Source: a virus
Length of the DNA: 64,000 bases
Strand: one strand, 5' to 3'
IMG/VR virus record: IMGVR_UViG_3300046492_000369
Location: 13,042-77,041 of that record
Position numbers and translations under genes: made by a program. Shown one piece after another: positions 33,988 through 43,657 of this stretch. Every line of letters begins with the position of its first letter. The first letter of the stretch is position 1. The notes beneath the pieces were generated by a model. That model made no database searches, had not been told where the DNA came from, and was given only the letters and a program-made list of their open reading frames with translations.

Positions 33988-36171
33988 ATGATTGATCAAG
34001 CACAGCTCAGCAAAGAGGATGACGACGCGGGCAGCGACACGGTGGACAAGGAGAACTCTCCTGATCAGCTTACTGATTGGGTTAATCCACCGACAATTTA
34101 TGATCTGAAGCAAGATCTTCAGGATGCCCGAAGTACTCATTCCGGTCAAGAAACAAAAATTGGCGAGTATCTCGACAATCTGAATGTCACCGGGAAAGCC
34201 AAGGTCAAAACCCCCAAGGGCAACTCCTCGATTGTCCCTAAACTTATTCGCAAACAGGCCGAGTGGCGTTATGCCGCCCTGTCCGAACCGTATCTGAGCA
34301 CCGATGATGTCTTCAAGGTGCAACCGGTCAGCTGGGAAGACCGTGCAGCCGCACAGCAGAATCAGATCCTGCTCAATAACCAGTTCAACACGAAGATTAA
34401 CAAGGTCAACTTCATTGATACGTTGATCCGCACCGCTGTGGATGAAGGAACAGCGATCGTGAAGGTTGGCTGGGACTTCAGGGAAGAAGAATACGAAGCT
34501 GTCGTGCCAAAGACACAATATGTGGTTGATCCTAGCTTCATGCCGACAATTCAGTACATTGACCAACTAAAGAATAACTCTCCCAGTCAGTACGACACTG
34601 ATGTACCGGACGAACTCAAGACTGCTTACGAGATGTCGGTCGAGCAGAAACAAGCCATTCGTCCCGAGATCGTTGGCCAGGAAACGGTTACCAAGACCCG
34701 CACTGTCAAGAATTGTCCGACTGTAGAAGTCTGCGACTACCGCAATGTTATCGTGGACCCAACCTGCCATGGTGATGTCGAGAAAGCTGGCTTCATCATC
34801 TATTCCTTCGAAACTTCGCTAGCCGAGCTTCGCAAGGATGGCAAGTACAAGAACCTTAATAGGGTGAATGTCGCCAACAATGGCCCGCTCAATGAGCCAG
34901 ACCATCGTACCGATTTGGATGTCGCCAGCTTCAACTTCAATGACGAGCCTCGCAAGAAAATCGTCGTGTATGAATATTGGGGCTTCTGGGATATCCACAA
35001 GAATGGCACCACAGTACCGATCGTAGCCGCTTGGGTTGGTGATCAACTGATCCGGATGGAAGAGAATCCTTTCCCGGACAAACAAATCCCATTCGTCATC
35101 ATCCATTACCTGCCAGTGCGTCGTTCCAACTATGGCGAACCGGATGGTGTGCTGATTGAAGACAACCAGAAGATTGCTGGCGCAGTCACCCGGGGCATGA
35201 TCGACATCCTCGCCAAGTCGGCTAATGGCCAGACTGGTATGCGCAAGGACATGCTGGACTCCACGAACAAGAAGAAGTGGCAGAACGGTGAAGACTACGA
35301 GTTCAATGGCAATGTAGATCCCCGTGTTGGTGTGCACATGCATACCTATCCGGAGATTCCACAATCTGCGGGCATGATGCTGCAGCTTCAGAACATGGAA
35401 GCCGAGTCGTTGACGGGTGTGAAGAGCTTCAGCCAGGGTGTGTCCGGTAATGCCCTCGGTGAAGTGGCTGCTGGTGTACGTGGTGCGCTTGATGCAGCCT
35501 CCAAGCGAGAATTGGGTATTCTTCGTCGTATCTCCGCAGGTATTGTAGCCATTGGTCGCAAGATCATCAGCATGAATGCGGAGTTCCTTGAGCCCCAAGA
35601 AGTTATTCGGGTCACCAACGAAGACTTCGTGAAAGTTCGTAAAGACGACCTTCCAGGTAACTTTGACCTGAAGCTGGGTGTATCCACGGCTGAAGAAGAT
35701 GAGAAGAAGGCGCAGGAACTGGCCTTTATGCTCCAGACCATGGGTAACAACATGGATCCAGAGATGACCAAGATGATCCTGTCGGATATCGCTCGTCTAC
35801 GCAAGATGCCGGAACTGGCCAAGAAGATCGAAATGTACCAACCAAAGCCAGATCCTATGCAGCAACAGATGCAACAACTACAAATGCAGCTGATACAAGC
35901 GCAGATTGCAGAATCTAACGCCAAAGCTCAAGCAGCACTGTCTTCTGTTGGTTTGCATCAGGCTAAAGTGGGTACAGAGCTGGCTAAAGCGGATCACTTC
36001 AAGGCTGATACGGATCAAAAGAATCTTGACTACGTTGAGCAAGAAAGTGGCGTGAAACAGGAGCGAGAGCTGGAGAAAGTGGACCGCCAGGCCACACATC
36101 AAGCTAGTAACGACCTTCTGAACCATTACATGGAACAAAAAGCCGCAAAAACTGCTGCCGCAAGTAAATAA
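33988..36171 (+). CDS. Portal protein (N4 gp59-like)
   Basis: PKLIRKQAEWRY..LSEP, RMEENPFPD, Gln-rich C-terminus; synteny. Confidence 0.93.
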   Translation: MIDQAQLSKEDDDAGSDTVDKENSPDQLTDWVNPPTIYDLKQDLQDARSTHSGQETKIGEYLDNLNVTGKAKVKTPKGNSSIVPKLIRKQAEWRYAALSEPYLSTDDVFKVQPVSWEDRAAAQQNQILLNNQFNTKINKVNFIDTLIRTAVDEGTAIVKVGWDFREEEYEAVVPKTQYVVDPSFMPTIQYIDQLKNNSPSQYDTDVPDELKTAYEMSVEQKQAIRPEIVGQETVTKTRTVKNCPTVEVCDYRNVIVDPTCHGDVEKAGFIIYSFETSLAELRKDGKYKNLNRVNVANNGPLNEPDHRTDLDVASFNFNDEPRKKIVVYEYWGFWDIHKNGTTVPIVAAWVGDQLIRMEENPFPDKQIPFVIIHYLPVRRSNYGEPDGVLIEDNQKIAGAVTRGMIDILAKSANGQTGMRKDMLDSTNKKKWQNGEDYEFNGNVDPRVGVHMHTYPEIPQSAGMMLQLQNMEAESLTGVKSFSQGVSGNALGEVAAGVRGALDAASKRELGILRRISAGIVAIGRKIISMNAEFLEPQEVIRVTNEDFVKVRKDDLPGNFDLKLGVSTAEEDEKKAQELAFMLQTMGNNMDPEMTKMILSDIARLRKMPELAKKIEMYQPKPDPMQQQMQQLQMQLIQAQIAESNAKAQAALSSVGLHQAKVGTELAKADHFKADTDQKNLDYVEQESGVKQERELEKVDRQATHQASNDLLNHYMEQKAAKTAAASK

Positions 36172-36187
36172 TTGCTGCACATAAACT

Positions 36188-36225
36188 AGAAAGTGGTTAT
36201 AGTGGCGTCGATGTAACCACTTTCT
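36188..36225. repeat. Long inverted repeat between portal and gp58-like gene
   Basis: AGAAAGTGGTTA...TAACCACTTTCT. Confidence 0.6.
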
Positions 36226-36256
36226 ATTAACTTCTTATAGCACTGGTAGAACTTAA

Positions 36257-36601
36257 ATGAGCACTCAAGACGAGATTAACTCGATCGAACGTGATGTAAA
36301 GGTGGCACAGAAGGTTAAAGACCTTGGTGCTGCACTAGAACGTCTGTATTCCAACCGGGACTTCCGCACTGTAATTAAGAGTGCGTACTTTGAAGGAGAA
36401 GCAGTGCGCTTGGTGCACGCTAAAGGCGATCCAAGCTGCCAGACCCCGGAAAAGCAGGCCAGTATCGTCAAACAAATCGATGCTATCTCGACGTTGAACC
36501 AGTTCTTCCTCACCATTCAGCATCAAGCCGGTCTGGCACTCAAGCAGATCGAAGAAGGCGAAGCGGTACTCGAAGAACTGCGGGCTGAGGAGCTCAAATA
36601 A
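36257..36601 (+). CDS. N4 gp58-like conserved protein
   Basis: AL.RL..NRDF...I...YF..EAVRLV; synteny. Confidence 0.75.
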   Translation: MSTQDEINSIERDVKVAQKVKDLGAALERLYSNRDFRTVIKSAYFEGEAVRLVHAKGDPSCQTPEKQASIVKQIDAISTLNQFFLTIQHQAGLALKQIEEGEAVLEELRAEELK

Positions 36602-37854
36602 TGGCTACTGAAGACCAAAACCAAGATCAAGCACCTGACTTCCTGAGTATGTCGGATGACGAGCTTGCCAACTTCGACCCAACCTCCATGGCTTCGGAAG
36701 CGGATAAGGAAACAACGACTGAACTATCCGATAAAGAAGCAGAAGAATATGGTGGTGAACCGCAAAACGTAACCGACGTTCAGGATGACGATGCCGGTAA
36801 CGGCAAAGGTGCTGGCGATGCAGACGAAGACCAAGACGACACGCAAGATGATGTGGACGGCGGTACTGCAGATGCGGCGGATAAGGCAGACAAAGATGCT
36901 GATGGCAAGGACGGCAAAACTACCGACCCAAAAGCCAATGACGGCAAAGATAAAGCAGTAAAAGATGGCGAAGCGAAGTCCGGCACCGAAGGTGCCAAGG
37001 ACGAGAGTGCAGCCGTCGATTACAAGTCAGCTTATGAAAAGCTGATGGCTCCTTTCAAGGCCAATGGTCGTGAAATTCAAGCCAAGAGTGTAGAAGACGC
37101 GATCTCCCTGATGCAGATGGGCGCGAACTACAACAAGAAGATGGCAGGTTTGAAGCCGAGCATGAAGTTCCTGAAGATGCTCGAATCGAATGACCTGCTC
37201 GATGAAAGCAAACTCGGATTCTTGATCGACCTGTCAAAGCGTGACCCGGCAGCGATCAACAAGCTGGTCTTGGATAGCAAGCTGGATCCCCTGGATCTCT
37301 CTGCTGAAAAGGCTGGTGAATATAAACCCGGTAACCACTCTGTCGATGATCGTGAGGTGGAACTGGATGAAGTGATCAATGAGCTGCGTAGCTCGGAACA
37401 CTTCACCCGGACACTCCAAGTCGTTGGCAAAGACTGGGATGTGAAAAGCCGAGGGGTTGTAGCTTCTACCCCTGACCTGATGCGCGTGATTAACGGACAC
37501 ATGGAGTCCGGCATCTACGATCGCATCGTGGCAGAGATGGAAAGTGAACGTACCTTCGGTCGTTTGAAAGGATTGTCTGATCTCGAAGCATACCGGCAAG
37601 TTGGTGATGCGATTGAGGCGCGTGGTGGATTTAACGACCTGTTCAAGGGTAGCTCCCAAGAGCAGGCGAAATCGGCACCAGCGACCAAACAAATCGTGGA
37701 ACCGAAACCGAAGCAGGCTGAAGACGACAAGCTGAAGGATAAGCGACGTGCTGCCAGCGGAACCCGCGCTGCACCCGCTGCCAAGGGAGTCCCTGCGGAC
37801 TTCAACCCTTTAAATATGTCGGACGACGACTTCGCTAAGTTCCAACCAACTTAA
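36601..37854 (+). CDS. N4 gp57-like protein (probable scaffold; often annotated as tape measure)
   Basis: Acidic disordered N-terminus; PFKANG...LMQMGANY.KKM; directly upstream of the MCP. Confidence 0.8.
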   Translation: MATEDQNQDQAPDFLSMSDDELANFDPTSMASEADKETTTELSDKEAEEYGGEPQNVTDVQDDDAGNGKGAGDADEDQDDTQDDVDGGTADAADKADKDADGKDGKTTDPKANDGKDKAVKDGEAKSGTEGAKDESAAVDYKSAYEKLMAPFKANGREIQAKSVEDAISLMQMGANYNKKMAGLKPSMKFLKMLESNDLLDESKLGFLIDLSKRDPAAINKLVLDSKLDPLDLSAEKAGEYKPGNHSVDDREVELDEVINELRSSEHFTRTLQVVGKDWDVKSRGVVASTPDLMRVINGHMESGIYDRIVAEMESERTFGRLKGLSDLEAYRQVGDAIEARGGFNDLFKGSSQEQAKSAPATKQIVEPKPKQAEDDKLKDKRRAASGTRAAPAAKGVPADFNPLNMSDDDFAKFQPT

Positions 37855-37866
37855 GAAAGGCACCAA

Positions 37867-39042
37867 ATGACTGCACGTCAGTATAACGGCGGTAACGCCG
37901 CAGGCAATCTGTCTACCATGTCGCCCCAACTCCTGGACCAGTACTTCCAGAAGCAGGCGCTGATCGAAGCACGCAAGACCCAGTTCTTCACCCAGCTGGC
38001 CGATGTCACGGCCATGCCGAAGAACATGGGCAAGAAGATCATTCGCTACCACTACCTGCCGCTGCTCGATGATGCCAACATCAACGACCAAGGCATCAAT
38101 GCGGCTGGCGTCACGATCGCCAACGGTAACCTGTACGGTTCGTCGAAAGACATCGGTACCATCCCGGGCAAGATGCCGGTGCTGTCGGAAGCCGGTGGCC
38201 GTGTCAACCGTGTTGGTTTCAAGCGCAAGACCATCGAAGGTACCTTCGAGAAGTTTGGTTTCTTCGACGAATATACCCAGGAATCGGTGGACTTCGACTC
38301 GGACGCTGACCTGCTGCAGCACATCAACCGCGAGATGATCAACGGTGCCAACGAGATCACCGAAGACGCCCTGCAGATCGACCTGATCAATGCAGCTGGT
38401 GTGGTGAAGTACGCTGGTAACGCGACCTCGAACGCCACTGTTGGTGCTGATGATGTCGTGACTTACTCGGACCTGATGCACCTGTCGATTGACCTCGACA
38501 ACAACCGCACGCCGAAGCACACCACGGTCATCACCGGCACCCGTCTGGTTGATACCCGTGTGCTACCCGCAGCCCGTGTCATGTACGTCGGTTCGGAGCT
38601 GATCCCGACCCTGCGTGCGATGAAGGACCTGCACAACAACCCGGCTTACATCTCGGTCGAGAAGTATGCGGCTGGTGGCAACACCGTGACCGGCGAAGAA
38701 GGCGCAGTGGACAAGTTCCGCATCGTCGTCGTGCCGGAAATGATGAAGTGGGCTGGTGCTGGTGCGGATGCTTCCGCAGACGCTGCGCACTACGAAACCA
38801 ATAGCAAGTTCGACGTGTTCCCGATGCTGGTTGTCGGTGACGAATCGTTCACCACCATTGGCTTCCAGACGGACGGCAAGACCGTGAAGTTCAAGATCAC
38901 CCACAAGAAGCCGGGTGACGAGACTGCGGACCGCAACGACCCGTATGGTGAAACCGGCTTCATGTCGATCAAGTGGTACTACGGCTTCATGGCCCTGCGC
39001 CCGGAACGTATCGCCCTGATCAAGACCGCGGCCTCGCTGTAA
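37867..39042 (+). CDS. Major capsid protein (N4 gp56-like)
   Basis: [38 protein letters not shown]...LRPERI; highly biased codon usage. Confidence 0.97.
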   Translation: MTARQYNGGNAAGNLSTMSPQLLDQYFQKQALIEARKTQFFTQLADVTAMPKNMGKKIIRYHYLPLLDDANINDQGINAAGVTIANGNLYGSSKDIGTIPGKMPVLSEAGGRVNRVGFKRKTIEGTFEKFGFFDEYTQESVDFDSDADLLQHINREMINGANEITEDALQIDLINAAGVVKYAGNATSNATVGADDVVTYSDLMHLSIDLDNNRTPKHTTVITGTRLVDTRVLPAARVMYVGSELIPTLRAMKDLHNNPAYISVEKYAAGGNTVTGEEGAVDKFRIVVVPEMMKWAGAGADASADAAHYETNSKFDVFPMLVVGDESFTTIGFQTDGKTVKFKITHKKPGDETADRNDPYGETGFMSIKWYYGFMALRPERIALIKTAASL

Positions 39043-39060
39043 TCGGCAAGTAGCGTGATA

Positions 39061-39087
39061 GGGGAGGGGGCAACCTCTCCCCATTTC
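39061..39087 (+). terminator. Terminator after MCP
   Basis: GGGGAGGGG-GCAA-CCTCTCCCC followed by ATTT. Confidence 0.6.
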
Positions 39088-39129
39088 AACCTCACTCACC
39101 CCACTGATATCTATTCATTAGGACACAAC

Positions 39130-39855
39130 ATGGAAAACCAAGACCAAATCCCGGGCGTTGATGACGAACAGCCTGCCCTGCCCCAAGTCGATGAACTAAC
39201 CGCCCTGAAAGAGCGTGCCGACCTGATGGGTATTCAATATCATCCCTCGATTGGCTTGGAAAAGCTACGCGCAAAGATCAACGAAGCCATCACGACTGAA
39301 GGTGCTCCGAAGCGTGCTGAAGACGCTCCCGTTGCAGCCCCTGTCGCTGTCCCGACTCAAGCCTACCAGGCTGAATCGCTGGCTCCGGTACCGGAAAAAG
39401 CTGCACCAGTTCTCGAAAAGCGTACTTTCCTGACCCCGAAACAGCATGCTGATGCCGAATCGGTGCCAGTTGAAGGTGAAACCCTCTCCCAGAAACGTGT
39501 ACGCCTGAAGCGTCATGCCAATGAGCTGATCCGTATTCGTGTCACCTGCATGAACCCGGCCAAGAAGGAATGGGAAGGCGAAATCATCTCGGTAGGTAAC
39601 AGCCTCGTCAAGACGATCTCGAAATATGTCCCGTTCGGTATCGACGAAGGCTGGCATGTACCCCGCATCCTGTACAACGTCCTGCGTGATCGCCAAGCCC
39701 AGATCTTCGTCACCGTGACTGATGAAAAGGGTAACAAGGTACGCAAGGGCAAGCTCATCAAAGAATTTGCAATCGAAGTGCTGGAGCCCCTGACCAAGGA
39801 AGAACTGGCCGAACTGGCAGCCCGCCAAGCAGCCAGCCGCTCGGTTGACGCCTAA
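39130..39855 (+). CDS. N4 gp55-like protein
   Basis: LKERADLMGI.YHP.IG.EKLR; RIRVTCMNP.KKEW.GEI; EFAIEVL.PLT.EEL. Confidence 0.8.
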   Translation: MENQDQIPGVDDEQPALPQVDELTALKERADLMGIQYHPSIGLEKLRAKINEAITTEGAPKRAEDAPVAAPVAVPTQAYQAESLAPVPEKAAPVLEKRTFLTPKQHADAESVPVEGETLSQKRVRLKRHANELIRIRVTCMNPAKKEWEGEIISVGNSLVKTISKYVPFGIDEGWHVPRILYNVLRDRQAQIFVTVTDEKGNKVRKGKLIKEFAIEVLEPLTKEELAELAARQAASRSVDA

Positions 39856-39887
39856 ATAGTAAATACTGACCACCACCCGGATAGAAC

Positions 39888-40721
39888 ATGACTGAATTGA
39901 CGATCACTGATCTGACCGATGGCACCTTGGATGGTGCCGGTGTCTTCGACAAGATGATGGCTGCCGTAAAGGCCCACCTGGAGTCGGAGTACCTGAAGAA
40001 TCGGATCAAAGGACCGGAGTACGCCACGGTCTATCTGGGTGCGTTACAAAATGTGCTGAATAGTGGCCTGCAGTTCGTACTGCAGAGGCAAACTGCTGCT
40101 TTACAGGCAGATCTGTTGGCTCAACAGATCTTACTGGCTGAAGTCGAAGTCCAGAAAGCCAACGTCCAGTTGGAATTGCTGGCTTTGGAAAAGGACAAGT
40201 CCAATGCCGAGATTGCCCAGTTGACTGCTCAGACGGCACTGGTTGAAGCCCAACAAGCCAAGGTGGAAGAAGAAACGCTGCTGGTACCGAAACAAGGTGA
40301 GCAGATCGAGGCTCAGACGGCACTGCTGGTACAACAGGAAGCCAATGCAGTCCTCGAAGGCAAGGTACTAGTGGCACAGGAGTGCAAACTGCGTGCCGAG
40401 TACGACCTGACAGTGAATACCAACACCAAGACCACGGCAGAAATCTCGGTGCTGAATCAGAAGCTGGCCACTGAAAAAGCCCAGATCTTGTCGATGGGTG
40501 TGGATGAAGACAGTGTGATTGGTCGCCAGAAGCAACTGTATGCCAAGCAATCCGCTGGTTTCGACCGGGATGCCGAGCAGAAGGCAGCCAGCTTGATGGT
40601 TCAGTCGTGGAATACTCGCCGCATGACTGATGAAGCCACGGTTGCGGATGGTACCAACATGCTCAATGATGCCACGGTGGGTCGAGCAGTAATCAAGCTC
40701 CTCTCCGGTATCAACGCTTAA
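39888..40721 (+). CDS. Virion structural protein (N4 gp54-like), coiled coil
   Basis: G.GVFD.MM...KAHL..EY...RI.G.EYA.VY; IGRQK.LY..Q..GF.RDAEQKAA. Confidence 0.8.
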   Translation: MTELTITDLTDGTLDGAGVFDKMMAAVKAHLESEYLKNRIKGPEYATVYLGALQNVLNSGLQFVLQRQTAALQADLLAQQILLAEVEVQKANVQLELLALEKDKSNAEIAQLTAQTALVEAQQAKVEEETLLVPKQGEQIEAQTALLVQQEANAVLEGKVLVAQECKLRAEYDLTVNTNTKTTAEISVLNQKLATEKAQILSMGVDEDSVIGRQKQLYAKQSAGFDRDAEQKAASLMVQSWNTRRMTDEATVADGTNMLNDATVGRAVIKLLSGINA

Positions 40722-40751
40722 GAATGCCTTAGCCACCAGCGATGGGCCTTT

Positions 40752-40780
40752 GGGGAGCATAAAGCTCCCCGTTTTTTATT
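40752..40780 (+). terminator. Intrinsic terminator
   Basis: GGGGAGC-ATAAA-GCTCCCC + GTTTTTT. Confidence 0.8.
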
Positions 40781-40792
40781 CAGGAGCAGTGC

Positions 40793-43075
40793 ATGGGTCT
40801 GTTCAGTAGCAAATACGTCACTAATGTGTCCACCACGGTGGCCAGGGTGATCGAGGATCACTCGCTACCGAACTCCCTCAAGCATGGTGCCTTGAAAGGT
40901 TTGCTGGAAGATCCCGAGCAAATCGTGGAATACATACAGGAAGAAATGGTGGGCAGTCTTGGTATCAAGGCCCATAGCATGTTCCGTTACGGGAAGAACA
41001 CCTACCTGTATGGCTTACCGTCCGGTTCAATCCACGCTTCCGATGATGGCAGGGATGTAGCCCAAACCACGATCGCAAGTATCGTAGGCCAGTCCGTAAC
41101 ACTGGACTATTACCATTTTGGTGTCCTGAACAACCTGCATGTAGGTTGGGTCAAGCTCATTACCGAACATGGTTACAACACCAAGACCAATGTACTAGGT
41201 AACCTGACAGCAGCCAAAGGCAAACCAGTAGTACTCAATAACATGGTAGTAGTAGTGCAGGAAGCAACACTACCTGAGCTATCCAATGGTTCACTGGACC
41301 AATGGGGTACACCCCCATGGGCTACATCACAAGCGACTGGTGGCAGCAATGACCTCTTCCTTAATGCTGTCAACACTGTTGTCAAGCCTCAGCACTTATT
41401 CGAAGTAGATGCTACGGCAGCCAATGATTATGTGCGTGTTGAATATTCCTGGCTTGAAGATGTCGTTGCGCAGGTGGAAGGTGTCAATATCACCCGTCAG
41501 CAGAAGCAGACTGGCAGCTTCAGAATAGAGCTCCTTGGTTTGGATGACAACGCTGCCTGGCACCAGGCCAAGTACACCCGAGCTGATGGTGAAATCGGCT
41601 ACTGGCTGTATCAGGCGGGAACCAATACTTACCCAGAAATTGATAGCCTGCATGACCCGGATCATGATGAGAACGGTAGCTATTTCCCATTCGGGTACTT
41701 CCGCTATGCCAAGGTGAGTGGTCTACAGGACAAGAACAGCGATTGGTTCAAGCACAGCAAAAAACTGATGAACTGCATCGGCATAGACTATGAAACCGTG
41801 ACCGACGCGATCCACCAGAATCCAGGTATCGAAAACGTGGAACAAGCCATGCTTACCATGGCTGTACCTGCTGTGACCGAAAATCAGGTGGAGATGCGCT
41901 ACCTGTTCGACTATTTCAGCGAACTGATGGTGCTTACGGGTGGTTCACTGGGATCTCACCCCATTGGGGACACTAATGGCATTAAGGAACTGATTAACAA
42001 GGTACTCAATGGTGGTATGGCGGATAACGCCATCATCATTCAGGATAAACGCTTCAAGATGGCCTTGAGCTTCCGGGGCATCTACAAAACCATCGTCCAA
42101 GGCAGTATAGGTGATATCGGTACCTATGCTTGTGGCTGGAACATGCGGACCACAACTGAAGACTTCAAGGACGTGAACACAGGCGAGTCTGCACCATGGA
42201 ATACAACTACCCGGGCACACTGGTACCGTAAGCAAGTTAGTGATACCCAATACGAAGAGGTTCAAGTTAGTAACCTGAAGATGACCTACTACATCTATGG
42301 CGACTACACGACTGTAGGGGATGAGAACGACGACATCCTGCTGGTCCCGATCGACAAGTTCATCACCAATAACTACACACTGAAGGTACGGGAAGAGCTC
42401 TATGCACGCAGCCTGCACTACGTCTTCAACAGCCGTGTCATTACAGAAGTAAAGTGGTACCAGCAAGGCTGGTTCAGGGCACTCATGGTGGTGGCAGCCA
42501 TCGTCATCACAATCATTACTCAGGGTGCAACATGGCAAGCCATTGGGGCTGCTCTTGTAGCAGGGACTATTACGATTGAGGCTGTAATTTACATGATAGC
42601 AATCGCTATCTTGAAATATGTAGCGATCAGTATCGCGGTAAAGCTCTTCATCAAAGTAGTGGGTGTCAAATTTGCCTTGATTGTAGCTATTGTGGCTGCT
42701 ATTGCGGGCTCCTACCAAGCCATTGAAGCAGGATCCATTAAAGGCGCACCCTGGGCCAGTCAACTGCTACAGGCGTCCACCAGCATCAGTAAAGGCGTCA
42801 ATCTTGAATTGAAGAGGGAATTTGCTGAACTAAAGGTGGATGCCGAGAACTTCCAGCAATACACCAAGGATCAGAAAGAAAAACTTGATGCAGCCAAGAA
42901 TTTGTTGGTTAATGACACCGATTACTTGACACCCATCGTGATTTTTGGCGAAAAGCCAACTGAATATTTTCAACGAACAGTGCATTCCGGTAACATTGGG
43001 GTTTTAGGGCTCGATGCGATATCGGCGTATGTAGATGTGGCGCTCCAGCTGCCTAAATTGACCGATACCTTATAG
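40793..43075 (+). CDS. Virion structural/tail protein (N4 gp53-like) with C-terminal hydrophobic helices
   Basis: MGLFSSK start; VKWYQ..WF followed by TM segments; synteny. Confidence 0.8.
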   Translation: MGLFSSKYVTNVSTTVARVIEDHSLPNSLKHGALKGLLEDPEQIVEYIQEEMVGSLGIKAHSMFRYGKNTYLYGLPSGSIHASDDGRDVAQTTIASIVGQSVTLDYYHFGVLNNLHVGWVKLITEHGYNTKTNVLGNLTAAKGKPVVLNNMVVVVQEATLPELSNGSLDQWGTPPWATSQATGGSNDLFLNAVNTVVKPQHLFEVDATAANDYVRVEYSWLEDVVAQVEGVNITRQQKQTGSFRIELLGLDDNAAWHQAKYTRADGEIGYWLYQAGTNTYPEIDSLHDPDHDENGSYFPFGYFRYAKVSGLQDKNSDWFKHSKKLMNCIGIDYETVTDAIHQNPGIENVEQAMLTMAVPAVTENQVEMRYLFDYFSELMVLTGGSLGSHPIGDTNGIKELINKVLNGGMADNAIIIQDKRFKMALSFRGIYKTIVQGSIGDIGTYACGWNMRTTTEDFKDVNTGESAPWNTTTRAHWYRKQVSDTQYEEVQVSNLKMTYYIYGDYTTVGDENDDILLVPIDKFITNNYTLKVREELYARSLHYVFNSRVITEVKWYQQGWFRALMVVAAIVITIITQGATWQAIGAALVAGTITIEAVIYMIAIAILKYVAISIAVKLFIKVVGVKFALIVAIVAAIAGSYQAIEAGSIKGAPWASQLLQASTSISKGVNLELKREFAELKVDAENFQQYTKDQKEKLDAAKNLLVNDTDYLTPIVIFGEKPTEYFQRTVHSGNIGVLGLDAISAYVDVALQLPKLTDTL

Positions 43076-43086
43076 GAGATAGATAC

Positions 43087-43656
43087 GTGGGACTCTTTTC
43101 TAATATTGATGGCTTGGGGAACCCTGCTGACTACGGGTCATTGGGTGGATATGGGCTTAACCAAGCCCTGGCTCCCCCTGTCCCGGTTGCAGACTACGTT
43201 ACCAAGACTCCGTGGACTTCGCCCCCGATCGACCCATTGACTGGCCAACAGGACTTTCTAGCAGGAATAGGCGCACCTGCACAGGCTTCAGGACAGGTTG
43301 ACCTCAGTGGTCTGAACTTTGGTAATGCTTCTTCTGGAAGTTCCCTCAGTGACCTCTTTGGTGGCAATACTTTTGGTGGTTTCTTGGGCAAGACCGAGAA
43401 CGGTGTGGCTACCCAAGGTTGGGGTGGTCTGGCCCTCGGAGCAGCACAAAGTATTGGTAACATCTTCATGGGTATGAAACAGTATGGTTTAGCTAAAGAT
43501 CAACTGACCCAATCCAAGAAACAGTTTGACTTAAACTTCGGTGCACAACAGAAGCTTACCAACGCCAATCTGGAAGATCGCCAGCGTGCGCGAGTAGCCT
43601 CCAATCCGGGTGCTTACCAGTCGGTAGGCGATTATATGAAAGCTCACGGGATCTAA
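43087..43656 (+). CDS. Ejection protein (N4 gp52-like)
   Basis: Gly-rich; G.KQY.LAKDQL...KKQF..NF.AQ....N..LEDRQRARVASNP. Confidence 0.8.
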   Translation: MGLFSNIDGLGNPADYGSLGGYGLNQALAPPVPVADYVTKTPWTSPPIDPLTGQQDFLAGIGAPAQASGQVDLSGLNFGNASSGSSLSDLFGGNTFGGFLGKTENGVATQGWGGLALGAAQSIGNIFMGMKQYGLAKDQLTQSKKQFDLNFGAQQKLTNANLEDRQRARVASNPGAYQSVGDYMKAHGI

Positions 43657-43657
43657 T

